Source: Podarcis vaucheri (taxonomy: Eukaryota). Taken from it: DNA of 64,000 bases. Shown piece by piece: positions 49,212 to 61,372 of the stretch. The position numbers were made by a program, and so were the translations under genes. Numbering within the stretch: position 1 is the first letter of the stretch; every line of letters begins with the position of its first letter. The stretch lies in the NCBI GenBank assembly GCA_965113315.1, contig OZ220372.1; one strand, written 5' to 3'. The notes under the pieces are model-generated. The model searched no databases. It saw only the letters and a program-made list of their open reading frames with translations, and was not told where the DNA came from.

Positions 49212-49919
49212 GCACAGACACCCCGACTCTTACACGGGAAGACACCCGAAGACACCAAAACCTTCATTCCTGTACCCGTGAAAATCTACGAAAGCAAATA
49301 TATATATTTGCTTTCGTAGATTTTCACGGGTACAGGAATGCAGGTTTTGGTGTCTTCGGGTGTCTTCTGGAAATTAGCCCTCCCCACAAAAACCGACACC
49401 AGAACCAGAGGCACACAGAACGCCGTCACCAATCAACCACACCAGACCCAAACCCAGACCCTCTCCACAGACATATTACAGACTCCATCCAGTAGCCAAA
49501 CTATAGTGGCACCTCCGGATGCTGCACCCCCCTGCAATCCCTACACAGATCTGGCTGGCACAAGGCACAAAATCACAGCTCGCCCCTATACACGAAGCCA
49601 AGCCAGAGCACAACTAAATGCAGCACAGCCATCTTCTCAGAAAAACTCTTCACAAGCTCAAGAGGTCAAGACACGAAAGCTTTAGCAACTAATCTACACT
49701 TAATGACCCACCCAGTGGTATTCAGAATACCACTCATGAAATCACTCAAGATATCCCTCAAGTAATTAAGGAACAAAAGAAGAAAAGGCACACTAATCTA
49801 GGAACTTCCTCTCTGCCCAGAACGTTGGAAGCTATACACCACACCCCTCAACAGTATTTATAGGAACTCAAACACCAGATTCTGCTCTGTTCCAGTAACA
49901 AGAAGCCGAAAGCACCAGC

Positions 49920-49953
49920 CTGAAGATGACGAGTGAGACCTCGTCGAAACGTC
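49920..49953 (+). ncRNA. Minimal hammerhead ribozyme core (PLE type), second tandem copy
   Basis: Identical core to 49178-49211. Confidence 0.65.
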
Positions 49954-50599
49954 GCCCAGACACCCCGACTCTTACACGGGAAGACACCCGAAGACACCAA
50001 AACCATATATATATATATATATATATGGTTAGCTATTTGGGAGTTCCCTCTTTCTAAATCTCAGAGGCTTAGAAAAAAAAAACCAGTGCCAGGATGGTAG
50101 ACCACCTGGGAAGGTGTATAGCGTAGGAAAGGACAAGTCATGGCCCTTGTGGTCTATTCCAACTCTATGATTCTGTGATTCTATGATTCTATCTATCTTC
50201 AGGTGTTTCCTGCTTGGCAGGGGGTTGGACTCGATGGCCCTTGTGGTCTATTCCAACTCTGTGATTCATATATTGGATGTTGGCTGGGAAAGACACAGAT
50301 TTAGTTGAATTTCCCTCTTTCTGTTCTGCTCTATGACTTATGTTGGTGATAATCACACACACACATACACATGAATATTAGATAGAAACCAGTAAGTGAG
50401 GGGCAAATGGGTTTCATCAATGTGGGAAGATAGCTCATTTATTGTAATTTTACTGGTGTTAGCTACCCTGAGCCTGGCTCTGGCTGGGGAGGGCGGGGTA
50501 TAAATAAAATTTATTATTACTATTATTATTATTATTATTATCTATGAGAAGGAAAATTCTGGTCCTAAACCTCCACTGCATTGTGGGATATCTTCAGGT

Positions 50600-50856
50600 G
50601 AAGAAGAAGAAGAAGAAGAGTTTGGATTTGATATCCCGCCTTTCACTCCCCTTCAGGAGTCTCAAAGCGGCTAACATTCTCCTTTCCCTTCCTCCCCCAC
50701 AACAAACACTCTGTGAGGTGAGTGGGGCTGAGAGACTTCAAAGAAGTGTGACTGGCCCGAGGTCACCCAGCAGCTGCATGTGGAGGAGCGGAGACTCGAA
50801 CCCGGTTCCCCAGATTACAAGACTACCGCTCTTAACCACTACACCACACTGGCTCT
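50600..50856 (-). mobile_element. tRNA-derived squamate SINE (Squam3-like) with (CTT)n tail
   Basis: Minus-strand head GCCAGTGTGGTGTAGTGGTTAAGAGC...GGTTCGAGTC (A and B boxes); (GAA)n on the plus strand at its 3' end. Confidence 0.8.
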
Positions 50857-51564
50857 CACCACACTGAAGAGAAGAAAAGGCTAGAGTAAACTCTACATAA
50901 ATCCAGAATGGAGTTCCTAACTGGGGTGGATTTAGCGGAACATGACCCTTTCCATCACACTGAGCACACAGCAAGGGAAGCCACAGCTATGATGTTGAAT
51001 GGGAGGGAAGAAGTGGGTGGGGGCTGTCACCAAATTTTGGTGTCACACAGGGCACCACTGAAATTTGAGACACCAAGGTCTGTCACTGTCTCTAAGATGG
51101 TGGAATGGCACCTTATATGCCTCCTTTTGGCTACTCCTGCAGCGAAGCTGGTATCAAACATATTGCTCTGCTTTCCTTTGGACCACACCAATGAAGCCAA
51201 GAGGCAGATCTTGTCGTCTGGGCAACCCAGGACCTGCATACACTCTGCCCAGGCTTGCGCCCCATGGAGGCCACTCTGGAGATGCCAATGCAGTGGTTTA
51301 ACTTCACCCCCAGAGGTACACTTCATGGTCTCTTGAGACAGACAGATGCCAATAACAGACAGACATGACCTCCGTTGTCTTGTTGCTGCCTATTGAAGAG
51401 TTTTGCCTTTCAACAAGCCTTTTGAGCTCTGATATTTTCAGAGAAAAACCGTATTTAATTTTGCTTGTGTAGAAAGTGGACAGTATTTGGCCCTTCTCCT
51501 ACAAACATTTGTACATGCTTCAACCTAGACTTGTATGTGGTAGGTAAGGAGATCGAAGTGTTAT

Positions 51565-51886
51565 GTTGTTGTTTAGTCGTTTAGTCGTGTCCGACTCTTC
51601 GTGACCCCATGGACCAGAGCACGCCAGGCACTCCTGTCTTCCACTGCCTCCCACAGTTTGGTCCAACTCATGCTGGTAGCTTCGAGAACACTGTCCAACC
51701 ATCTCATCCTCTGTCCTCTTCTCCTTGTGCCCTCCATCTTTCCCAATATCAGGGTCTTTTCCAGGGAGTCTTCTCTTCTCATGGCCAAAGTACTGGAGCC
51801 TCAGCTTCACGATCTGTCCTTCTAGTGAGCACTCAGGGCTGATTTCCTTAAGAATGGATAGGTTTGATCTTCTTGCAGTCCATGGG
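51565..51886 (-). mobile_element. BovB LINE 3' fragment
   Basis: RREDSLEKTLILGKMEGTRRRG...AWRALVHGVTKSRTRLND; TSD AAGTGTTAT. Confidence 0.92.
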
Positions 51887-54205
51887 TGCAGTCAAAGTGT
51901 TATACATTTGCTAAATCAATGCTTTTATGGATCAAAAGCCACATGCCCTGGCAGAGCTTGCCCGCCTTGTATTTTCTTTCATGCTCAAGAAATGTATTGG
52001 AAAGTTTGCTTAAATCCTTCAAGAACAACACCCCTGAAGGACTGTGATGTTTGGCCCTTGACATGTTTCTGGAGTCCTGGAGGAAGCTAGCTTTGGCCTC
52101 CTCTCCCATTCTTTGCCTGCAGAGCATGTGCTATGACAACAGTTGCATGCCTCTGAGATATCCATAACTCTCAGGCCATGGAAATAGATAGTTTAATTTT
52201 GATAGGCAATGAGAATGTTTGTTTGATCTCCTTTAATTTGCATCAGTCAGTCAGAGCCAAGTTACGCTCCATGGGAACAGGATTCATCATGCATTTGGGA
52301 GAAGGATTTACTGGATTCATTTCTAACGAAACTGGATTTGCTCTATCCTTTGATATCTCACTGTTTGAGGTGTAGGCACACATGTGAGTCCATGTGCATG
52401 CTTTCGGGTTCTGCTATGTAATCAGAGCAGAGATATTCTACCCTCCCCCTGCAAAAATCAAAATCAAAAATACATTGCTTGCTTTATTTTCTACTAAACA
52501 TTATTTTGTATATTGTTTTGGATTATTTCAAGGGTTTGACTGGGTGGGAAGAAAGGCAACAAGAGAATTTAAGATAGTGTTAGACTACTGTGAAAATGGC
52601 ATGCCTTTGCAGACATTCCTCTAAGACAGTTATGGGCAACGTGTGGCTCTTATTATGCTGTTGGACTGCAACTCTTGGGATCCCTGACCATTGTCCATAC
52701 TGGCAGTGGGGGATGGGGGTTGCAATCCAACAACATGGGGGGGTCTACAGGTTCCCCATCCAGGTCCTAATCTGCTGGGCCAGTTACCCAATGACTTGAT
52801 ATGACTACATCACGTCTCCAACAACAAATGATGTAGTCTGGAGAAATGCAAGTCGCGATGATGTCAGGACATGGGGTAAGCAATCCTACATATTTTTTTT
52901 AAAAAAAGTGGTTTTCCAGAGTTTCAATACATACATATTCTACATATTTGCCCCATCTATTCCCTTTGGGCTTCACAACCCACTCCGCCGTGGCCTCCTA
53001 TTTTTCCTTTTTATGCTGCGTATCCTCAACAACAAATTACCACCTGTTATCATTCTGTTGATTATCCTGGTTTGTAACTACTCTGCTTATACGTCAATTC
53101 CTACTTGTAGATTCATTTGGTTATTATGCCTCCCTTAGCTGTGTTTCTCCCTGGTCTCTAATTTTGGTTGTCATGCTGGCCAATTCTATGTACATAGAAG
53201 CGATCCTACATTTTATGGTGTGTGTGTGTGTGTTCACGATGGAATCTTTTAATATATGACATCTCACTTCAAACCAACTTAAATGAAGCCCCATATAGTG
53301 ACTGAAAACACTCCCCTGGAAAATTGTCCTTCACATTGTCCATATGTCATTTGAGAGTTCCAGCTGAAGAGCCAAATGCTTGAATTCCAGCATACGGATT
53401 GAGCCTATCAGACCATAGTGATTATAATAGTATCTATTTTGAGTGATGACATAGCTGCAGCGATGCTCTGAATAGGGGCAGAGCAGGATAATGGGAATAT
53501 GCCATATTCCTTTCCCTCTCCTGAATGAGTTGACCTGTAAGCAACACTCTCCACAGTCAATCTTGCAGGCAGCTCAGTGTTCATCTCCCCCTTGTTGAAC
53601 CTTTTTGTAAGTTGGATGAGTCACGTTTTTTGCAGGGTTAAGCAGAGGCCTCTGGAATCTTATTGGCTCTTGAAGGGGAGGGGAGGAAATTGGGCGGGCT
53701 CTGAGCAATGATCGTCATTAAGTGTTTGGACATGTTGACAGGGGATGTGGGAAATTGTGACAAGCTGAGCAGAGCTCAACCTGATAGGTAGAAGTAGTAT
53801 TATCCAGGTGGGCAAATTGCCCACAGATGCCCCAGACAAGTGGAGGAGTCTTGTAGCTTTCGGAGGGGGAGGGGTAGATCTGTGTGTACAATCCCTGGAA
53901 CATAAAATTGCATGTGGAGTGGACAAAACCAGAGTGATAATAACCACTAGTTTAGACAGTTTTAAAGAAGGACTATAGAAATTAATGGAGGGTGGATTTA
54001 TGAATGACTACTGTATTGTAGAAGTTCAGTGTTCAGAGCTGGGCACATATCTCTGAGTAATAGAGGGGACAGACATCAGGAAAGCCAGTATGAGGCTGCC
54101 TTCATGCCCTGCTTATGAGTTTTCCACAGACATTTATTTGGTTACTTTTGGAAACAATGCTGAATGTTTAATGCTGATGCCTATCATCTTGATTCACCAA
54201 GTCAG

Positions 54206-54718
54206 TGTCAGGGGTTGGACTGAGGAGGAATGGTGGGGGCTGCCCCCCTTCTCTTGAACCTTCCTGAGAACAGGAGAACAGTATAGATTTAGAACAGTGG
54301 TTTGCAGAAGGGCATAGTTCAGAGGCTGCAGAGAGGAGAAGCTGGGAAATACTGGAAGAGGAACAGGAGGAAGAAGGAGAAGCACTAGGGGAGAGGGAGC
54401 TGACAGACCCGGTGTCCTTGGAAAGCATTCCTGACCCCCCCCCCCCGACCAGGTGGGCATTGAGGGTATTAGAACAGAGAGCTCAGAGACAGAAAGTTCA
54501 GATCAACTGACGCAGGAATGACATCAAATAAGGGGGACATAGAGGGGTGGAACTTTACTTGGAGCAACACCATTATTAGGGAAGGTTGCATTCCTTCGTC
54601 GTTCTCTGTGAATTATTGAGTAAATTGCTTGGTAAGAACTCTATTATGGCTTCTCTGATTCTGGGCTGTGCCCATGGGAGGGAGCTGATTTCCCGAGGCC
54701 TGGCAGTCAGTTCTTATT
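54206..54718 (+). mobile_element. Probable solo LTR with degenerate acidic ORF
   Basis: Starts TGTCAGGGGTTGG; Glu/Trp-rich coding-like body similar in plan to 60786-61372; 3' boundary approximate. Confidence 0.5.
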
Positions 54719-56098
54719 TAGGAAACACTGGTGTGTGCATCATTCAGACAAGAGCTTTTGGTGAGAGCATGGGATGGCATGGGGACAATAGCTCAGTCAC
54801 AGAGCACATGTTTATATGCAGAATATCCCAGAAACAACCCACATTATCTCCAGTTGGAAGCACTCCTGTTTGAAAGTCTGGAGAACTGCTACCAGTCAGT
54901 GTAGACAATGCTGAGGGAGATTAACCAAAGTTCGTATAAGGCAGCCACATATGTAATACTTAACACTGTAACTTCTTGAATAGGAATAAGCCCCACTGAC
55001 TACAATGGGACTTACTGAGTAGGCATGCCATGTAAATGACTGGCCAGAAGTTGGGTAGTAGTACTTTGAATGCTAAGATGCAGGATTAGTGTCACATTAG
55101 GTTGACTATTGTGGAGATATTCAGCAAAAGAGGACAAATCTCAGTTTTGAGTTTAATATGATTTTGCCTGCCTCTTCTTTAATATAATATGAAAGTCCCA
55201 TGCTGCAGATAAAATATTTGGCAAAGGTAATGAATACCACTCCGTAAAAAAAAAAGCATTTAAAGTACAAAACAATTTATTTGCTCTTCCTACTCATCTT
55301 CCTTTGATTTCGTAGTCTGAGCCAATTTTTGCAAACTTCTATTAGATTGCTTTTATCCTAATCTTTTGGGAATTATATGCATTTGCTGTTCCAATCATTT
55401 TTTTGTTTTCACAAAAGTGTACAGATGGAGGCAGGATTAAAAGGCAAAAGAAAATACCAGTCAATGCAGATGTATAGATGACCAACGGCATACTTTTTCT
55501 TTTTCTTTTTTGAAGACGCATTCTATAGAATAGCATTCCTGTCAGGGTACAACAGGCACCGACTAATTTGCACTTCCGGAAACAACTGAAGACGTTTTTG
55601 TTCTGACAGGCATCCCTAGCTGGCTAGATGGGTCTTTCCCACAAGTGTGCACTTGTTAGGGTTTAGTTTAGTTTTAATTATACAGTATTTGTTGTTTATG
55701 TGTTTCAAAGTGTTTATAATGATCTTATGTGTAAATCGCCTTGAAATGGTGGTTAAAAGGCAATTAAAACAGCAGCAGCAGCAGCAGCAGCAACAACAAC
55801 AACGTAAAAATTGATTTAAGATCATTCTCATTTAGGGTATTTCAAGGAAGCTTTTATACAGGTGAAACCTAATGCCACCACACAGATCAAATTTGATGCC
55901 TCCACCACTTGTGGCTGCATGCAAATAAAAGTTCACAGAATCCTAGAATTTTGGAATTGGTTGGGAGCTTGGAAATGATCTTCTGCAACCCCCTGTTCAG
56001 CGCAAGGATTTCCATCATGGATCTCCCACATAATGCATACCTTGGTCCTGAATTTGCCCTGGCATAGATGATCGGTCAGTTGTTGTCATCAACACTTG

Positions 56099-56479
56099 CA
56101 TACCCTTCAACATTTCTCAGATGAAAATAGGGACATCCTATTCAATAAGAATAAGAATAAGAATAAGAATTTTACTGTTCCTACCACACCCATCTGACTG
56201 GGTTGCCACTCTGGGTGGCTTCCAACATAATAAAACATTAAACATTTAAAAACTTTCCTATACAGGGCTGCTTTTAGATGGCCTGGGGGTTGGCTAACTC
56301 CATACCCTCCAACATTTCTCCGATAAAATAGAGACCTCCTACCATGCCCTCCAACATTTCTCCAATGAAAATAGGGATGTGCTAAGGAAAAGGGGGACAT
56401 TCTAGGATCAAATCAGAAACCAGGACGGCTTCTGTAAATCTGGGACGTCCCTGGAAAATAGGGATACTTGGAGGGTCTG
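56099..56479. mobile_element. Non-autonomous DNA transposon carrying an internal L2 3' end
   Basis: Termini CATACCCTTCAA and TTGGAGGGTCTG; 6-bp flanking duplication CACTTG; three CCCTCCAACATTTCTC...AAAATAG subrepeats. Confidence 0.7.
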
Positions 56480-57313
56480 CACTTGTTCACAAATGGCACC
56501 ATTGCTCTCTGTAAGCGATTGTCTTTGGTTTTCCTGAATGTAATGTTTTGGTTTCCTGCAGATTCCTGGGTTGGAAAGAATGGACCAGATTTCATTCAGT
56601 GAGGCAATGCCAGACACATATGCCTTTGTTCCTAGAAATGACACAGGAAGCCACACTGAGGCCATTGTTGTGTATGATGCTAAAGAGCACCATGCGCCAA
56701 TGATGTTAATGTACTGGGCTAGAACACAGAAGTGATTTCAGATTGAAACTGCCGCCATTGCAATCACTTTATGAACCAATTTAAACCAAAGCGAATGTGC
56801 AAATAGTCACGAGTAACCTAGGGAATCAGTAAACCAGGGTCATCCCAATACATTTTGCTGCCTGAAGCAGACCAGCAGATGATACCCCTACACATGTCAA
56901 GATACCCAAGGCTAGTCATGTTTTGCATCCAAGTCAAAATACATATAGTAATAATAAACTAAATTATGAACAATTTGCTACTTTTTCACGACACTCAACA
57001 TTGGCTGCCTAAGGCTGCCTGATGGTAGGGCCAGTCCTGCAGTAATCTAGGCCATACCCCCACCATACATTTAAATTGCATCTCTGTGTTCAGTGTGCTT
57101 TAAATGTATAGTATGTGTGTGGTCCTTATACAAGTCAGGAGACTAGAGAGGTGTCTATACAATTAACAATGCCGTATAGGCTTTTAGCACCCTTCCAGTT
57201 GGTGGGTTAGATTTTATTCCAACAAGCTGTTAAATAATTTGCAGTATAGAACGTGTGTGTGTGTATAAAATTTCTGTACTGCTTAATCATACAGTAAGAA
57301 CCTCTAAGTAGTA

Positions 57314-57680
57314 AGGTAAGGTAAAGGTGCCCCTGCCCGTACGGGCCAGTCTTGACAGACTCTAGGGTTGTGCGCTCATCTCACTCTAGAGGCCGGGAGC
57401 CAGCGCTGTCCGCAGACACTTCTGGGTCATGTGGCCAGCGTGACGAAGCTGCTCTGGCGAACCGGCACTAGAGCAGCACACAGAAACGCCGTTTACCTTC
57501 CCACTATAAAGCGGTACCTATTTATCTACTTGCACTTAGGGGTGCTTTCGAAGTGCTAGGTGGGCAGGAGCTGGGACCGAAAGACGGGAGCTCACCCCGC
57601 CGCGGGGATTCGAACCACCGACCATGCGATCGGCAAGTCCTAGGTGCTGAGGTTTTACCCACAGCGCCACCCGTGTCCCT
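57314..57680 (-). mobile_element. Sauria SINE (different subfamily)
   Basis: Reverse-complement SINE; perfect 16-bp TSD GAACCTCTAAGTAGTA. Confidence 0.92.
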
Positions 57681-59609
57681 GAACCTCTAAGTAGTACTAT
57701 AAGGCATCAACCATTGTTTCTAGTGAATATATACAATGAGCATGAACTAGTTCACTGCATTATTTCCCCATCTTTGCAGTCATCCATGATTCCCCTTTGA
57801 CTAAAATGGATCAAATATCTGCCAGCCCCTCTAGACTAGAAATCATAAGCCTTCCTATTCATTCAGTGTTGTTTGCTTTCAGCACCTCCTAATAATAATA
57901 GTGGTAAAACAAAAGACTAATTCAGAGAGCAATGTTTTGTATCGTGGCTGTATTTCAAATGAAAATAGAAGAGACTTTCTTGTCCTCAAATGCTCTGCTG
58001 GGATGTGAAATTTTACCAAACCATAATACTGTAGGAAGTACTGGCACATTTGTTCAATAATATTATCTTGAGTGACAAGCAGAAAGCAGACACTAAAGGG
58101 GAGAAAAACATTAATCTCTGAAAATAAACATTTCAAAAGGGACTGGTGCTGAATTATAAGAGTGACAAAAATCTCTTTACTTACAGTGGAGAAATAGTCT
58201 GTTCAATCTTCTGCTGATTTTCAAACCTGCATTTTCACAGTGAATGTTAAATGCCTGAGTATTCTGTCTTCTTCTAAATTTGCTGCCCTTGAAACTTAAT
58301 ATAGTAACTAAGGTAACTATTCAAAAGACATTATTTAAAACTCCCTGGATGTTGGTCTATTGACACAGTTATGCAAGTTCGGCTAGCAGTTTCCTTAAAG
58401 GTACGGGTCATGACAGTGATTACCCATGGAAAATTCCACCCTTAAAGTATTAGGATGTTTTCCCTTTTTCTATTGGCTGAATGTAATCACTGCATTACCA
58501 TCAATTTATAAATCATCTAGTATTGTGCTAGGTGCTGTTCTCTGCTGTGACTGCCCCATAGGCAGTGCTAAATAAGTACATTTCCTGGATATTGGTGATG
58601 GTGGGATCCAGAACGTGTAATGTCGTATTTATGCCTTATTATCCTTTTTGTCTAGATTAGTTAATGTAGAGCAGGAGTGGAGAACCTCAGCCCCAGGGGC
58701 TGAATGCACCCACTGGCTTTTGTTAGGACCTAGAAACTCTCCTCAGGACACACTGGCTCTCCTTTGCATCCAGATTGTTTTGGCCTAGTTGGAACATGTC
58801 CTTGATAATGCCTCCTGCTTGTCTTGGATATATGATAGAGGGCTGTGTGAGTGTATGCAGAAATCAAAAAGTGACATTTACATTGTGTTCTGTCCACTTT
58901 TGTCATGTGGCCCCTGGAAGGTTGCCTAGGAGTGAATGTGGCCCTCAGACTGAAGAAGGTTCCCCACACCTGATGTACAGGGAAAACAATCCTCACAGAA
59001 TCTCCACATGATACTTTTCTTAAACCACAATTGAAAAAAAAATAACTGCTATTTATGTCCTGTCCTGTGTTCATGAAAAGCCGCCATGGTTCTTTAGGGC
59101 ATCACATTTGCTTGTTGTAAGGAATAGGTGGGGTGAGATGACAGTGAAATTCTTGGTAGGAAAAGTGAACTGGCCTCCAGCTACGAGAGTCCCCATAGTG
59201 GAAGGTAACAGTTTGCGTGCCAGCTGGTTTATAATATGCACACCACTCCTTCAGCTAGAATAAAATTGTGATTCTCAGAGCCTGGCTTTTCATTTTCTAT
59301 TCTTCCTATCCCTCCACAATGACTTGACCTGTGATCCACAGCTGCTGCCAGATTCAGCCCTGCTTCTGTGGGGCCTCTTTTAATAGAGGTCAGCATGTAG
59401 CCACCCCTCAGATGAAATCTCGAAGGCTGACCTTCAGCCTTCTTGCCTGCCGAAGGATCAGCTGGTTAGCAGAAGGGCTAGTCCACACTTGACAGGAATT
59501 CTCTTTGGGTTAGGCACACTGGTCATTTAACACAACTGATACGACTGTGACAGATGGAAAGGAACCATTAAAGCACAGTCTGACTGCAGTATGGTGATAA
59601 TGTTTTAAG

Positions 59610-59761
59610 TCAGGAGTGGGCAACAGGGACTCCAAGATACAATCCTCTAGATGTTGTTGGACTCCAACTCCCATCAGCCCCAGCCAACATGGCCTATGGT
59701 CAGGAGTGATGGGATTTGTGGTTCAACAACATCTGGAGGACCACAAGTTCCCCATCCCTGG
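59610..59761. mobile_element. Older palindromic hAT-type MITE
   Basis: CAGGAGTGGGCAAC...AGATGTTGTTGGACTCCAACTCCCATCA...TGATGGGA...CAACAACATCTGGAGG...CCCCATCCCTG. Confidence 0.7.
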
Positions 59762-59803
59762 TTTGAACAATAAAATCAACAGGTCATTGCCTGAATTTTC
59801 CTA

Positions 59804-59805
<2 letters not shown>

Positions 59806-59839
<34 letters not shown>
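59806..59839. repeat. (GT)n microsatellite
   Basis: Directly visible. Confidence 0.95.
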
Positions 59840-59843
<4 letters not shown>

Positions 59844-60279
59844 AAGCAAGCGAGAGAGATTTTTCTATAGTTGCCAATAGCTGCAATGTTTGGTTAGGGT
59901 GTCTGCTGCTGTAGGAGTGCATTTGTTTAACATTTCTCTCTCTGTGTGTTTGTTATTGTCATGCAGTACAGCTGAAAAATGGAGATACGAATGTGCGCTT
60001 TGTAAAATGACATGAATACTAATTTAAAGCAGGAGATAAACCTTACTGGCAAGAGGACTTTCTGTTAGTTTTCTGTTCAGGCGTTCGCAGCCAAATCAGG
60101 ATAAAATGCTTTCTAAGTATTTTTAAAACTCAGCACGTCATTTTAAAGTAAAATTTTATCTGGCTTTAAGAAACATTTTGATTAATTCTCCTCTTTCAGA
60201 GCGAAAAGAAGTGACTATTGTCTTCTGTGGCTTTTTTTGTTTTTGTCTTGGTCTGAAGTCTTTGTCGCTTCGGATTTTT

Positions 60280-60762
60280 CCACAGGTCTTCAGAGAGATA
60301 GCCAAATGCAATGACCCCTGAGAGATGCAATCTTCCCTGCTTAGACTATTGTTTTAGAATGCCAATTCATCCTACAATAATTTCACCTTTCATTCGCTTC
60401 CTTTGGCAGGGATTTATATATTATTTTGTCATTGCTTGTACATACTGCCAGCGATTCACAATGACATCATGGTGAACCACAGACCTTATGCATGAAAAAA
60501 AATGTGCTCTACCACCAAGCTATGGTTCATCCCCAGTGTTCACCATGATGTCATTGTGAATCGCTGGCAGTATGTACAAGCAATGACAAAATAATATATA
60601 AATCCCTGCCAAAGGAAGCGAATGAAAGGTGAAATTATTGTAGGATGAATTGGCATTCTAAAACAATAGTCTAAGCAGGGAAGATTGCATCTCTCTCCAA
60701 GGGGAATAGTAGGACCAGGGATGGGGTCATTGCATTTGGCTATCTCTCTGAAGATCCTGTGG
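60280..60762. repeat. Long inverted duplication (158-bp perfect arms plus ~39-bp outer arms)
   Basis: 60320-60477 is the exact reverse complement of 60538-60695; 60280-60318 pairs with 60723-60762. Confidence 0.93.
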
Positions 60763-60785
60763 GGAGAGGCTAAAACTTTTCCCAT

Positions 60786-61372
60786 TGTCAGAAGCCTGAG
60801 TCAAGCGTAGGCCAGCAGTACAAACACGGTGTCAGTTCAAAGAAACCAAAACAGTGCAGGCCTAGTAGTCCCAGCAACTCTTCCTTGTAGGTTTTGCCCC
60901 AATGAGGCAGTTGTGAGGACTGAAGTTGCCCGCCTTCCCACCACTCTCTAATGCTCCTCCTCTCCAAGGTCTAGCAGTCTCAAACTGTGTCTGTGCACAA
61001 CCAATCTCTGTGCTTTGCATTTATCTGCATGTTCTAGGAGACATGGGGGGAGAGGAGCAGGTCGCAGCAGGAGGGGAAGGCTTCCTGGATTCTTCAGTAG
61101 CCTTTCTCAACTCTGCCTCTTGGCCAACATCCTCTCCAGCCTCTGCTTCAGCCTCGGAGTCTGAACTGCTCTCTGCCACAGCCTCTTCCTGCTCATTAAA
61201 CTCTGTTACCTCTTCTGCTTCTGACACTGCCTCCTCCCAGTCTGCTCCTTGTTCTTCCTCTGGCCACTCATTGTTGTCCCACCACCAATCCCCAGGCTCC
61301 GATCCTTCTTCCCCCGGGGGTTCCTCAGTTGGTGCCTCCTGCCACTCTTCTGCATCCAGACAGCCCATGACA
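60786..61372 (-). mobile_element. Probable solo LTR (TGTCA...TGACA termini) containing an acidic ORF
   Basis: 5-bp terminal inverted repeat TGTCA/TGACA; imperfect 5-bp flanks CCCAT/TCCAC; open frame VMGCLDAEEWQEAPTEEPPGEEGSEPGDWWW...SPRTCR. Confidence 0.6.

Larger units (their letters stand above)
48700..50004 (+). mobile_element. Penelope-like retroelement cluster (inverted and tandem pseudo-LTR copies) in (TA)n tracts
   Basis: Three copies of a ~280-bp terminal unit (one minus, two plus), each with a CTGAAGA-stem-GAAAC-GTC hammerhead core. WKLALP at 49368 resembles the end of a PLE GIY-YIG ORF. (TA)n at 48654-48699 and 50005-50026. Confidence 0.82.

Noticed and set aside
52803-52838. 10-bp inverted repeat GACTACATCA/TGATGTAGTC
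   Set aside because: Too short to distinguish from chance or a TE remnant
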